Assembly (NCBI GenBank): GCA_002269645.1
Contig: NIVC01000059.1
Coordinates: forward strand, 992,001-1,056,000
Source: Macrostomum lignano
Lineage: Eukaryota
Length of the DNA stretch: 64,000 bases
Direction of reading: 5' to 3'
The notes below the pieces were generated by a model, which worked only from the letters and a program-made list of their open reading frames with translations, did not search any database and was not told the origin of the DNA. Position numbers and translations under genes: made by a program. Below are positions 23,200-51,245 of the stretch, in pieces (the first letter of the stretch is position 1; the number at the start of each line of letters is the position of its first letter).

Positions 23200-23580
23200 A
23201 TTTTGTTCTTTCCTTCCGGTTATGCCCTCCCTCTCATCCCTCTTCCCTTCTGTTTTCCTCTTTCCCCATTCTCTTCTCTCTCTTGTCTCCCTTCTCCATT
23301 CGTTTCTCCTACCTCTCCTGTCCGCTCTTCTCTCCCATATCAGCCCTCTCCTCTCTCTACCCTATCCTCTCCTCTCTTCTCTCTCCTCTTCCCCCTTTCC
23401 TTTTTCCTCTCTCCCCTCTCCTCTCTTCCCTCTCCTCTCTTCCATCTCCTCTATCTCCCCTATCCTCTCCTCTCTTTTCTCTCCTCTCCCCTCTCTCTCT
23501 CCCTTCTCCTCTTTTCTCTCTCCGCTCCTCTCTCCTCTCTCTTTTAGCTTCTCTCTCCTCTCTTCCCTCTCCCCTCTATC
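23200..23580. repeat. CT-rich low-complexity tract
   Basis: Polypyrimidine CTC/TCTC run after the stop codon. Confidence 0.9.
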
Positions 23581-24189
23581 TAATTTCCTTTCGCGCCTGT
23601 CAAGTTTCTTCAAAAACTGCTTCTTAATGGCTAGGCACATTCATCTAATTCACCTGCACATATTCAGCCTTTAGTCCACAGTTTCTATTTAGAAATTAAA
23701 TTGCATATGCTACTACTTTCCATAGCAGTTGTACATACAACATATAATGTCAGAAACCTCTATCAGCTTAAGCTAGAAAAGGCAAGCATTTGTTGTTTTT
23801 TCACCTTTCGTTAAATTGCTAGTTTAATTAACGCCGCAGCTTATGGAAATTATGTATTATTAAAGTTACTGCGATATAGTATGGCAACACGCTTTACTAG
23901 TACTGATTGGCGCTAATGACTTTTAGCCTGGCATTTCAAATACAAACTATGTAGTAAAATATTTAATCATGAAAATTTGCACGCAAATTTATATTTGTTT
24001 GTTTAAAATGATTTGTTTTTTAACCTTTTACCTGGGATATTTTGTGCTATTTTGGGTTTTTTAAAAAGTATCATTGAAGCTGCTTTTGCACAGCGCTGAG
24101 TCACATTCCCGCCCCGATTGGGCCAGATGTGCAACACCGACAGCTCAGCCGCAGCTATTGCGCGGCGCATCTGAAGGCTGCGTACGGCT

Positions 24190-24395
24190 GTTCAGTCCAT
24201 AGACTGGGGGGGGGGGGGTCGCCACACACACCTTCAATTAACCCAGCTAATGCTGGCACCCATTTTACAGCTGGGTGAACTGAAGCAATGCCGAGTGAAG
24301 TGTCTTGCTCAAGAACACAAATTGTTCCGAGTGGGTCGGGAATCGAACTCTGGACCTTTCAGTAGGCAGTAGTATATAATGTTTTTACCATACAG
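24190..24395 (-). mobile_element. tRNA-derived SINE with CORE-like central domain
   Basis: B-box GTTCGATTC (24340-24348), then GTGTTCTTGAGCAAGACACTTCAC..CTTCAGTTCACCCAGCTGTAAAATGGG resembling the MIR/CORE consensus. Confidence 0.65.
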
Positions 24396-24799
24396 TATAA
24401 AAATACTTGCTATATTTGGCCAGTGCTTCCTGTCTTTCCTCAGCCCACACTCTACTAGGAAAAGCCAGACCTCTTTTTCCCAGCATGCGTAAAGGTGAGC
24501 TAGGCCAGAGCGCGTACACTCACTCTGGCCCCACTTCCCTGTGGCAGGCAACTTGCAAGTCCCTCACACGCTCTGCTCTGTACAGCCCAGTTAAGGGTTA
24601 ATTTTGGATAAAGTAACGATTTGAATAGAGCTGGCTCAACTACGAGTATTATAACCGGCCTAGCTATGCATTGCTGTGGGAGGGCTGCTGTGCTGGTCTG
24701 AGCACTGAGGCATGGAGGGAAGAGCGGTTGAGGAAGTGAACACCCCAGCAAGAGTAGCTATAGTTAGAGATAAAAGTCATCTGAACGGACAGGGGACAC

Positions 24800-24962
24800 A
24801 CGGGACAGTCTGATTGGTTATAGCCAGGTAGGAATTGGAGTGTAGCTAAGTCCGATTTGCATATTTTTCTGCGCGCTTGCTTGTGGCAAAGGGTGTTACT
24901 TAAAGGAGAGTCACATTCTCTTAAATCATATCAGTAATTTACCGAGAATGGATCGCTGAGCA
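24800..24962 (+). promoter_or_regulatory. Putative promoter/5' UTR of the filamin-repeat gene
   Basis: ATTGG (CCAAT) boxes and an ATTTGCAT octamer upstream of ATG ATT GAC AGG|GTAAGT. Confidence 0.25.
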
Positions 24963-39959
<14,997 letters not shown>

Positions 39960-40109
39960 GTTTATAATGATCTGAATTGCTGGCTACATTAACTAAAAGA
40001 CCAATGAGATATGTATGACATTTATAAGGTCGATATAAACCCATAGAATACCTTAAAGTACATCTTAATATATACGGTAGCTACAACTTCATTTTATTGC
40101 CTGAAAATG

Positions 40110-40345
40110 TCTGCTAACCTTAACCATTTAACCCTAACCAGAGACAACCCTAACTCTAACCTACACCCCAACCCCAACCCTAACCTAAAACCCAACCCTG
40201 ACCTAAACGCCAACCCTAACCTAAACCCCAACCCTAACCTTAACCCCAACCCTAACCTAAACCCCAACCCTAACCTAAACCCCAACCCTGACCTAAACCC
40301 CAACCCTGACCTAAACCCCAACCCTAACTTAAACCCCAACCCTGG
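40110..40345. repeat. Degenerate telomere-like array (18-bp CCCTAA-CCTAAA-CCCCAA)
   Basis: Variant hexamers in a triplet period. Confidence 0.85.
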
Positions 40346-41692
40346 CCTAGTCATGCGTCGGAGCTCATGATCTAAGACCCATGATAACTTTCGCAACAGA
40401 AAATTTAAGAACCGAATTTTTTAAAGCTAAGAGCTTGCTAAAACCTTGCTTATACAGTTTAATCTATTTTTTTAACTTTTTTCTGCCAGTTTTCAGGCTT
40501 CCATATGCCGCCGCCTTTTAATGATTTATCATTTTCGTTTAATCCCGTTGTTGCACTCGCAACTTTACGCAGTGAATAAATGCGAGATTTAAGAAGTTTT
40601 AATCGATAAATAATTAGTTGCAAATAAATTCCCTATGTCTCTGCTTGCACTTGTTCGTTTTCAATCTTATACTACTACACAAAGCTAAATAAGTAGTCCA
40701 CATCGTTTATTTGCGGCGGAAATTTGATTTTTTGCAGGAAATTTATTATTTAATTGACAATTGACGCTCAGTTTATGATTATTAATAAATAAATAAATAT
40801 ATTATAAATAAAGTATAAATAAATATATTAATTTATTCTCTGTTTACCTTGTCTAGTTCACACCCAACAACGAATTACAGTTATATATTCTAAATTAGGT
40901 ATAATTGTTTTATCAAATTTAATTTAAACAAAATAAAACACCAAATTATTACAAGACTTATGCATTGAACTGCATTGCAACAAGGATATAAATAAAGTGG
41001 CATTTTCAAAAGTAAATATGTTCAGTTGATCACATCAGAACAAAGAAATAGTTTTTTATTACAAGAAAAAAATTCATTTCTACGAACTACTCGTAATTTC
41101 GTTTGGCAAAAAGTTTAACGATTTGTTCAAATTCACATTCACAAATAATTTATCAAATGTTAAAAGCCTACATGCATAGCATTGCTAATATACTAAAAGC
41201 AGAGCATTGCTGCTATGGTCTTTTTTACAACGAAGCTCAACACTACTGACGGAAATTATAATTTTTGTTATAATTTTTGTAAACAAAAAACTACTGATAA
41301 ATCAGGAACAAGCACAGTTTAGACAAAGTATTACTAATTAGTAGTAATTTGTTTAGACAGACAATACTTAATTATGGGACGATTCTGTTTCTATCTTGAA
41401 TTAACGCCAAAATATTCGTTAATTTGTACGGCTATTAACCTACTTGTGGTAAGTACTATAAAGCGTAGTTATCAATCAACAGTACTGTAAGAATTAACAA
41501 TCTACAACCATTTTTTTCTTATTGAAAATTGTAGTTTTTTAATCTAATTTTCAGGAATAAGCGTTCTCTCAGGCCATTTTGGATGGATAATTTTTGACAA
41601 TGTATGTACCGTTTTTTAGCAGGATTTTGGCGCCAATTTAAAAATATCATCTTATATATATTATTTAGACGGTTGTCTACTTTGCACCTGTA

Positions 41693-43716
41693 CTAACGAA
41701 ACTGAGCCAACTCCATGGAGCAACCGTCGCCAACCATGTAGCTGGCAGCATTGCGGATGTTGCTGACCGACCCGCTGACTGCGGGCTGCCCTTTCGATGA
41801 GCTGCCAGTCAGAAGCGACACTGGCGGCGGCTGCTGATGCTGCTGCCTTCGAGTTGGCAGCATCGGACTGGCGCTGGCGTGTCGCTGGTGCAGCCGCTGA
41901 AGCTGCTGTCGCTGCCGCGGCTTCCAAGCGCAGCTTCCCGTCGACTGCTGATGTCGCTGCCTGTCGATGGTCTCCGACTTCAGCCGGACAACGTCGCGAA
42001 CAATCTGGTCAATCTGCCATAGATCGTCGAGGCCAGAAGTCTTTTTATCGACGTCGTTGCCGCTCGACGAAGAGAAAATCGTCGTCAAGTCAAGCGTCGA
42101 CACGTCCAGATCGTCGGCGTCGCCTGGCAGCAGCGGTAGCGACGGCGGCTGCCAGCGGCGAGCCTCTTGACTGTCGCGTGTGCCGCAGCAGCCGAGCAAT
42201 CGGTCGATGTCCTCCTCACGGACCGCCCACTGCAGCTGGTGCGTGTCGCTGCCGGTCTCGATGTCTGAGCCGTAGCCGCTTGAGACGGAGGGCTGCTGCG
42301 GCTGCTGCGGCTGCTTCTGGCTTTGCAGAGCGTACAGCCCGACTGGCTGGCTTGCTGGGCCGCCGCTGTTGCAGCATCTGTTGGACGCCAGTGGGTTTCC
42401 ATTTGATTTCAAATGGTTTCGTGTAATTTTCTGTATGAACCAGAATAACTGGGTCCTTTTGTGTACAACCGCTTGGGTTACTCGCTCAGGGAGTGCAAAA
42501 TGTATCTGCTGCACAAACTCTCCATCCCATTCTACATATCGCCAAATCCTTCAGGATTTGCTTCCTATCTACTACCCCATCTCCCGATCCTTCAGGGTCC
42601 GCTACCCATCATCTGATCCTTCAGGATCCGCTACCCATCCCCCGATCCTTAAGAGTCCGTTAACCCATCCCCCGATCCTTCAGGGTCCGCCACCCCATCT
42701 CCCGATCCTTCAGGGTCCGCTACCCCATCTCCCGATCCTTCAGGGTCCCCTACCCTATCTCCCGATCCTTCAGGGTCCGCTACCCCATCTCCCGATCCTT
42801 CAGGGTCCGCTACCCCATCTCCCGATCCTTCAGGGTCCGCTACCCCATCTCCCGATCCTTCAGGGTCCGCTACCCCATCTCCCGATCCTTCAGGGTCCGC
42901 TACCCCATCTCCCGATCCTTCAGGGTCCGCTACTCCATCCCTGGATCTTTCAGGGAGGATCTGCTGCAGGCCACGCAGCCGGTCTCACCCAGTCCCAGCC
43001 GAACACCGCATCTCAGCCGCCTCCTGCGGACACTGGAATCTGACAGTCCTTGCGCTAGCGCTCTTCATCAGCCGCTGACTCTGCTCCTGTTGCTGCCGCA
43101 ATTGCCGCTTCGTCTGCTGCTGCTGCTGATGCGCTGGCTGCATCGGCGAGTCGAACTTCTCAGAGTTTGGACATCCGCCGAGCCTGTGACAGAACGCCCA
43201 CCTTGTGTAGTCATAGTCTCCATTGGCGTAGACTCCTTCAATGTCGCCGGAGCCAGCGGCGGCTGCAGAGCACTGTCGGCGAAGAAGGTCGCTGCCGCTC
43301 TCCGCTTCCGGCCCGCTGCCAAGCTGTCGACGGTGAGTCGACGAGCAGGAAGCCGAACGACGAAACGATGTCGGCAGAAGAAGTCGAGCCAGACGTTTCC
43401 CGAGCGTCCCTGGCTGCTGTTGTTGCTGCTGCTGCTGTTTCTTTTGCTTCTTCTGCTCCTGCAGCATCGATTTCGCGTTGAGTTTCGGTGACGCCAACGG
43501 CGGTGGTGGCGGAATTTCGGCGTAGACGAAGCCGTCGTCCTCGCAGCCTGCCGCTGCCGTTGTCTCCACGGCTGCTGCAGCTTCCATAGCGGCGATTCGG
43601 CCGAGGAATGAAGACCGCAGCACCGCAGTGGTTGGCTGCTGCTGCTGCCGCTGCAACAGCGGATGCTGGAAACTGTCGCTCCAGCCGGATGAAGCCACAC
43701 CGTAAGACTGTTGCAT
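41693..43716 (-). CDS. Uncharacterised Gln/Ser/Ala-rich protein, about 470 aa
   Basis: Exons 43716-42989 (donor GG|GTGAGA) and 42377-41693 (acceptor CAACAG|), phase 2 on both sides; 1413 nt; there may be upstream exons. Confidence 0.6.
42600..42950. repeat. 30-bp intronic minisatellite (CCCCATCTCCCGATCCTTCAGGGTCCGCTA)
   Basis: About 11 units. Confidence 0.95.
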
Positions 43717-43994
43717 TGCTCAACCAATCAGCCCGTTTTGTTTAACTGTTTTTGTTTGGAATGAAAGTTGAACTGTGTGAGGCGCATGAGTCACCTGGCT
43801 CAATAGTTCTGAGACAGTTTAGCCCTATGATACATGTCTTTGATTGACAAAAATCAGACTCATCCAACTAATGGTAACCCTAATTCAATCGTCAGGTCCT
43901 TGATAGTCAGTAGCCGGATCAAATCTAATGTCAAATATATCAAATATGTGTGTACGTGTATGAATCTCCCTTGGAATATGTTCTATTTTATGCT

Positions 43995-44430
43995 CAGTCA
44001 TCCAGGCTACTCAGTCATCCAGGCTACTCAGTCATCCAGGCTACTCAGTCATCCAGGCTACTCAGTCATCCAGGCTACTCAGTCATCCGGGCTACTCAGT
44101 CATCCAGGCTACTCAGTCATCCAGGCTACTCAGTCATCCAGGCTACTCAGTCATCCAGGCTACTCAATCACTCAAACTACTTAGCGACTCAAGCTACTCC
44201 GTCACTCAAGCTACTCAGTCACTCAACTCAGTCACTCAACTCAAACTACTCAGTCACTCGGGCTACTCAGTCACTCAAGCTACTCAGTCACTCAACTCAG
44301 TCACTCAAGCTACTCAGTCTCTTTGGCTACTCAGTCACTCGGGCTACTCAGTCACTCAAGCTACTCAGTCACTCAGGCTACTCAGTCACTCAAGCTACTC
44401 AGTCATTCAAGCTGTTCAGTCACTTAAGCT
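43995..44430. repeat. 17-bp minisatellite (TACTCAGTCATCCAGGC) grading into variants
   Basis: Tandem units. Confidence 0.95.
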
Positions 44431-44989
44431 ATATATAAATCACATTTTCTAGTAAAATATCTAACAGAACAGATTGATGGTAACTGCAAACAATGTTGTC
44501 TACAAACGTTAAACACTACAGTAAACATACAGTAAACACTAAACTAACTTTATAGTACAGCCAACAGTTAAAAACCTCAAAGTGACTAGCTTGACAGCGG
44601 CTGACTGACTGACTGATTGACAGGTTTTTAGTTGTCAATCACTGCTAGGAAGCTTACTACATTATGCCATACTTGTATTGAAAGCCCCGTGCACACCTGC
44701 GACCATACAATAGAAATCTATCATGCAACTGAAATGAACAAAGCAAGGGATTAACCTATTCAATATGAAATGTGCTGATTTAGTCACAGACAGGGTTTTT
44801 GCCAGTTTAACTGCCCGCCTCAAGCTTCTGACGCAGGCATAAATAATGCAATACCGCTGACTGCATGCTGGATGATTGTTGCTCCTGCCTCTGCCAATGC
44901 AGTAATATCTTCTGATTTTCAAGGCTGCTCAGATTAATGATTTATTTATTGACAAGTTCTGAGGGTTAAGGGAAAGAGATAGATAAGGG

Positions 44990-45230
44990 AGTGGGAGATA
45001 GGAGAGAAGATGGAAGAGAGGGAGATGGGAGAGAGGGAGATGGGAGAGAGGGAGATGGTAGAGATATAGATGAGAGAGAGGGAGATGGGAGAGAGGGAGA
45101 TGGGAGAGAGGGGGTTGGGAGAGAGGGAGTTGGGAGAGAAGGAGATGGGAGAGAGGGAGTTGGGAGAGAAGGAGATGGGAGAGAGGGAGTTGGGAGAGAG
45201 GGAGATGGGAGGGAAGGAGATGGGAGAGAG
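44990..45230. repeat. 15-bp purine-rich repeat (GGGAGATGGGAGAGA)
   Basis: Tandem units. Confidence 0.9.
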
Positions 45231-45499
45231 AGAATGAACAGATGGATTAGGACAGAATTCCCTCACCCTGCAACTAAAAAAAAACTACCTTGAAACCACA
45301 CCCAGCTATCTTGTGCAAACAATCCCAAAACGGTTTTCCCAAAAATTGATGTGTCAGAAAACTCCACTGTATTGCTCTATTGCGCATTTCGATAATGCAT
45401 AAAGTTATGAAGAAACATCAGGTTGCTAAAGCTGACTGCGCACGGCAGGATTCTTTGATCTGTCTGTAGAAGTTTTTAAAAGTACATTTATTTCATCAC

Positions 45500-45800
45500 T
45501 GCGCCGCAATCTCCTCTCGACCTCCCTGACCCCTTTTTGATCTCCTTGACCCAAGAGTATCTCCCTGACCTCTTCTCGATCTCCCTGACCCCCTCTCAAC
45601 CTCCCTGAACCCCTCTCGACCTCCCTGAACCCCTCTCGACCTCCCTGACCCCCTCTCGACCTCCCTGACCCCCTCTCGACCTCCCTGACCCCCTCTCGAC
45701 CTCCCTGACCCCCTCTCGACCTCCCTGACCCCCTCTCGACCTCCCTGACCCCTTTTCGACCTCCTTGACCCCCTCTCGACGTCCCTGACCCCCTCTCGAC
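45500..45800. repeat. 20-bp minisatellite (CCCTCTCGACCTCCCTGACC)
   Basis: Tandem units. Confidence 0.93.
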
Positions 45801-46284
45801 CTGTCTGCCTCTCGAATACTGGTCAGAGAAATCCGTGCAAGTTGACCTAGTAATTTCTCGTTTGTAGGAACTTAAATTTTTGCACTTTCACTTGCCAAAA
45901 GTTGATTTCTAAAAATCCAACGCTCAGTGTCGTTGATCAAAAGAAATTTTCTCAGCTTAACTGAAGCCAGCAGACCAAAAAGTCTCCCACGCTGAGTTTA
46001 GAAAAAAAATTTCCGAGCGGTAGCTTGTAGAACAATATTTACATATTGTGCAAAATTTTTATCCCGACCGACTCGCTCATACGGCTGCTTTAAATATTTT
46101 TTGGTAGAGGATTCCAGAATCAGTTCTGATTGCACAGTTTTAATTTTACCGCATCACTGAGCATCTGTGGGAGGGGTGGTTGAATCCGGTTCTCGATTTG
46201 GGTTCGGCCTCATCACTCACTGTTCTGCGATCCTTGTTTGCTTTGCTGCCTTCGCTGCGGCTCATCTGCTTTGCCACCTCTATC

Positions 46285-47040
46285 CCTCTCCCTTCTCTCC
46301 CTTCTCTCTCTCTACCTCTCTCCTTTCTCTCCCTTATCTCCCTCTCTCCCTTCTCTCCCTTCTCTCCCTTCTCTCCCTCTCTCCCTTCTCTCCCTTCTCT
46401 CTCTCTACCTCTCTCCCTTATCTCCCTGTCTCCCTTCTCTCTCTTCTCTCCCTTCTCTCCCTCTCTCCCTTCTCTCCCTTCTCTCCCTTCTCTCTCTTCT
46501 CTCCCTTCTCTCCCTCTCTCCCTTCTCTCCCTTCTCTCCCTTCTCTCCCTTCTCTACCTTCTCTCCCTCTCTCCCTTATCTCCTTCTCTCCCTTCTCTCC
46601 CTTCTCTCTCTCTACCTCTCTCCCTTATCTCCCTGTCTCCCTTCTCTCTCTTCTCTCCCTTCTCTCCCTTCTCTCCCTTCTCTCCCTCTCTCCCTTATCT
46701 CCCTCTCTCCCTCTCTCCCTTCTCTCCCTTCTCTCCATTCTCTCCCTTCTCTCCTTTCTCTCCCTTCTCTCCCTTCTCTCTCTCTACCTCTCTCCCTTCT
46801 CTCCCTGTCTCCCTTCTCTCCCTTCTCTCCCGTCTCTCCCTTCTCTCCCTTCTCTCCCTTCTCTCCCTTCTCTCCCTGTCTCCCTTCTCTCCCGTCTCTC
46901 CCTTCTCTCCCTGTCTCCCTTCTCTCCCGTCTCTCCCTTGTCTTTTTCATTCCCTTCTCTCCTTCTCTACATCCCACACTCGTCCTCTCTCCCTCTCCCT
47001 ATACCCTCTCCGTCTCCTCTCTCTGTCCCTATCTCCCTTC
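46285..47040. repeat. 10-bp CT-rich array (TTCTCTCCC-based)
   Basis: Polypyrimidine tandem repeat. Confidence 0.93.
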
Positions 47041-47407
47041 AATCAGGAAATCAAGGTTTTCAGCAATGCGAGCTATATATAATTTGTAGGGTCCTTTCAC
47101 AAAAAAGCACTGATTAAAACACGGTTGAATCAATCACCAATGTTTTTTCTTTCCTGCTTTAAATCATCCCCCCTATCAATCAGTTGAGCACGACTAAGGA
47201 ATAATGGCCCATACATGCATGCATGATTGCTCATATTTTTAGGCTGGAATTTTTTTCCTTTCTTCAATCAAGCCATAAATCAAAAAGTCTTCAATGTCGG
47301 ACAGCTTGTTGACATTTTCGTATGTACATAGCTATATGCTTGCAGAATAGAGAGGAACCATGGACCTTTTGAGTATACTTGGACTGGGTCGTTTTTTCTG
47401 TATAACC

Positions 47408-48140
47408 AAGAGACAGGGGCACCCACAAGAGACAGGGGCGCCTACCAAGAGACAGGGATGCCCATCTAGGAGACAGTGGCGCCCATCTAAGAGACAGGGA
47501 TGCCCATCTAGGAGACAGTGGCGCCCATCTAGGAGACAGTGGCGCCCATCTAAGAGACAGGGGCGCCCACCAAAAGACAGGGGCGCCCACCAAGAGACAG
47601 GGGCGCCCACCAAGAGACAGGGGCGCCCACCAAAAGACAGGGGCGCCCACCAAGAGACAGGGGCGCCTACCAAGAGACAGGGGCGCCTACCAAGGGACAG
47701 GGGCGCCCATCTAAGAGACAGGGGTGCCCATCTAAGAGACAGTGGCGCCCATCTAGGAGACAGTGGCGCCCATCTAAGAGACAGGGGCGCCCACCAAAAG
47801 ACAGGGGCGCCCACCAAGAGACAGGGGCGCCCACCAAGAGACAGGGGCGCCCACCAAGAGACAGGGGCGCCCACCAAGAGACAGGGGCGCCTACCAAGAG
47901 ACAGGGGCGCCTACCAAGGGACAGGGGCGCCCATCTAAGAGACAGGGGTGCCCATCTAAGAGACAGGGGTGCCCATCTAAGAGACAGGGGCGCCCATCTA
48001 AGAGACAGGGGTGCCCATCTAAGAGACAGGGGCGCCCATCTAAGAGACAGGGGTGCCCATCTAAGAGACAGGGGTGCCCACCAAGAGACAGGGATGCCCA
48101 TCTAAGAGACAGGGGCGCGTACCAAGAGACAGGGGCGCCC
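47408..48140. repeat. 20/21-bp minisatellite (AAGAGACAGGGGCGCCCACC / ..CATCT)
   Basis: Two variants in blocks. Confidence 0.95.
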
Positions 48141-49354
48141 ACCTATACACCAAATATTGGCGCCCCAGTCTCAGCAATGATTTCAGTATATTATATGATT
48201 ATAGAAGCAGCACATGTCAATTGAAGCAACACTGGAACGCCTTTGCTTTGTTCCCCGAACAGGAGCTGGGCCGCAGCCGTGAGTGAATCACGTGACAACA
48301 CAGCGTGACAAGAGATGACAGCGCGCAGTTTTTTATGACTTATTGCCGCTTCAACCCCGTGTGACTGATCACTTTTTTGGTCCCCGTACTGTGAATGGGT
48401 TGAATTTACACAGGTAATAATTTATGCGCGTCAGATCCTGCTAATGCCAGGGTTAGAGAGGGTTCCTAGAGGAGGAGAGTGCAGGGAAGTGATGACGTCA
48501 ATAACACTGGGGTAGAGCTCAGAGCTCAGAAGGAGCTCGGGGGACAGGGGAGTGGGAGAATGCTGCGAATTTTACTCTGCCTAATGATTTTTTATAGAGA
48601 AGTCTCCAACCCCCCCTTCCCTGCTCAGACCGTTAGACATGTTCGTTTTCAGGCAGAAATTAAATTAGACGTTTCAAAACATTTTCTACATTTTTTCACT
48701 ATTGATTTGGTCACTTCTCTCTATAAAGTTGCTAGTAGTTCACTCCCTCTCTACTTTTCTGCCTACCCTCTCTACTTCTCTGTCCTCCCTTCTCTATTTC
48801 TCTGCCTACCCTCTCTACTTCTCTGCCCTCCCTTCTCTATTTCTCTACCTACCCTCTCTACTTCTCTTCCTACCCACTCTATTTCTCTACCTACCCTCTC
48901 TACCTCTTCCTACCCACTCTACTTCTCTGCTCTCTCCTCTCTACTTCTCACTTTTGGTTTAACTACTTCTATCTCTTTTCCTTTCATTCTCTCTCAAACT
49001 CTATCTAAAGCTGTACGTTAGTTATTTTTTTATTAAAAATATTATCATTGTTGCCTCACAAGCCCTCTTCAACTCCGGATACAATAGAAAAATATTGCTT
49101 ATTATTCAATTTTCAGCTATATTCTTACTAAAGAGCTTACTATTATTACTTTACGTTCCTCTTCTCAATAAGAAGCTATCTGACAATAAAACTGCTTCTG
49201 AGTTCATGAGTCAGTGGCTGCCGGCACAATGAAACTGTCCCGGTGCCTTGGAGAGGGCGAGATTTGGAAAAAAAGACGCATCACAAACTTTGTGTGTCTC
49301 CTTGTCCAAGCTGTTTTTATAAGCGGAGGGTTGCCATGTATATATCATGTATCT

Positions 49355-49965
49355 GATCCGCCTCCCTCAATCTGCCTGCCTCAATTTGCCTCCCTCAATC
49401 TGCCTCCCTCAATCTGCCTCCCTCAATCTGCCTCCCTCAATCTGCCTCCCTCAATCTGCCTGCCTCAATCTGCCTCCCTCAATCTGCCTGCCTCAATCTG
49501 CCTGCCTCAATCTGCCTCCCTCAATCTGCCTCCCTCAATCTGCCTCCCTCAATCTGCCTCCCTCAATCTGCCTCCCTCAATCTGCCTCCCTCAATCTGCC
49601 TGCCTCAATCTGCCTCCCTCAATCTGCCTCCCCCAATCTGCCTCCCTCAATCTGCCTCCCTCAATCTGCCTCCCCCAATCTGCCTCCCTCAATCTGCCTC
49701 CCTCAATCTGCCTCCCTCAATCTGCCTCCCTCAATCTGCCTGCCTCAATCTGCCTCCCTCAATCTGCCTCCCCCAATCTGCCTCCCTCAATCTGCCTCCC
49801 TCAATCTGCCTCCCCCAATCTGCCTCCCTCAATCTGCCTCCCTCAATCTGCCTCCCCCAATCTGCCTGCCTCAATCTGCCTGCCTCAATCTGCCTTCCTC
49901 AATCTGCCTCCCTCAGTCTGTCTCCCCCAATCTGCCTGCCTCAATCTGCCTGCCTCAATCTGCCT
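49355..49965. repeat. 15-bp minisatellite (CCTCAATCTGCCTC core)
   Basis: About 40 units. Confidence 0.95.
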
Positions 49966-50459
49966 CGGTTCTTAATCGGTACCTGAAAAAATTGTCATTC
50001 TTACTTCTAGACATTCAACGCTCTGCAATGTGCACCTGCAACACAGTATATTATAAAGAATTACTGTTGCTAAAAGTTTGGTACACAATGAAATATTGTG
50101 CAACAGATGGGTCGCGGCAGTACACACCGCAGCTTATCTAAGTCCAGTGAGCTGTGTTTACCTTGAACCCAGACCACTGCAGCATTAAGCCGCTGTGCAG
50201 GCAATGCCCACCAGAAAAATCGCAGTTTTAGTTTACTTGGAAGGCTTAAAAAATTCCCCGTCTAGGATAAGGGAAAAGATTATTGCCAGAGGAATGAATG
50301 AATGGGCACAAAAACTGGGAGGTAAGATAGCGAGCCAGTCTGATGGGATAAGAGATAAACGGATGCAAAGAACACACAGAGTTTAAACTCCCAAAAAGGA
50401 AGCAAAAGGAAGCCGAGGTTTGGTTGTCTTGAATCGGGTTCTGAAACCCACTTGGTTCC

Positions 50460-51245
50460 GAGACAGGCACATCCGGTTCTGAAACAGTCTGCACATCCGG
50501 TTCCGAAACAGTCGCATCCAGTTCCGAAACAGTCACATCCTGCTCCTAAACAGGCACATCCTGTTCCGAAACAGTCACATCCAGTTCCGAAACAGTCACA
50601 TCCTGTTCCGAACAGTCACATCCAGTTCCGAAACAGTCACATCCAGTTCCGAAACAGTCACATCCTGTTCCGAACAGTCACATTCTGTTCCGAAACAGTC
50701 ACATCCGGTTCCGAAACAGTCACATTCTGTTCCGAAACAGTCACATCCAGTTCTGAACAGTCACATCCTGTTCCGAACAGTCACATTCTGTTCCGAAACA
50801 GTCACATCCGGTTCCGAAACAGTCACATTCTGTTCCGAACAGTCACATTCTGTTCCGAAACAGTCACATCCGGTTCCGAAACAGTCACATCCAGTTCTGA
50901 ACAGTCACATCCTGTTCCGAAACAGTCACATCCGGTTCCGAAACAGTCACATTCTGTTCCGAAACAGTCACATCCGGTTCCGAAACAATCATATCCTGTT
51001 CCGAAACAGTCAAATCCGGTTCCGAAACAGTCACATTCTGTTCCGAAACAGTCACATCCGGTTCCGAAACAGTCACATCCAGTTCTGAACAGTCACATCC
51101 TGTTCCGAAACAGTCACATCCGGTTCCGAAACAATCATATCCTGTTCCGAAACAGTCAAATCCGGTTCCGAAACAGTCAAATCCGGTTCCGAAACAGTCA
51201 CATCCGGTTCCGCGACAGGCACATCCGGTTCTGAAACGGTCACAT
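50460..51245. repeat. 21-bp minisatellite (TTCCGAAACAGTCACATCCGG)
   Basis: About 37 units. Confidence 0.95.

Noticed and set aside
46167-47117. Leu/Ser/Pro-rich ORFs in three frames
   Set aside because: A polypyrimidine tract cannot encode stops; not evidence of coding.
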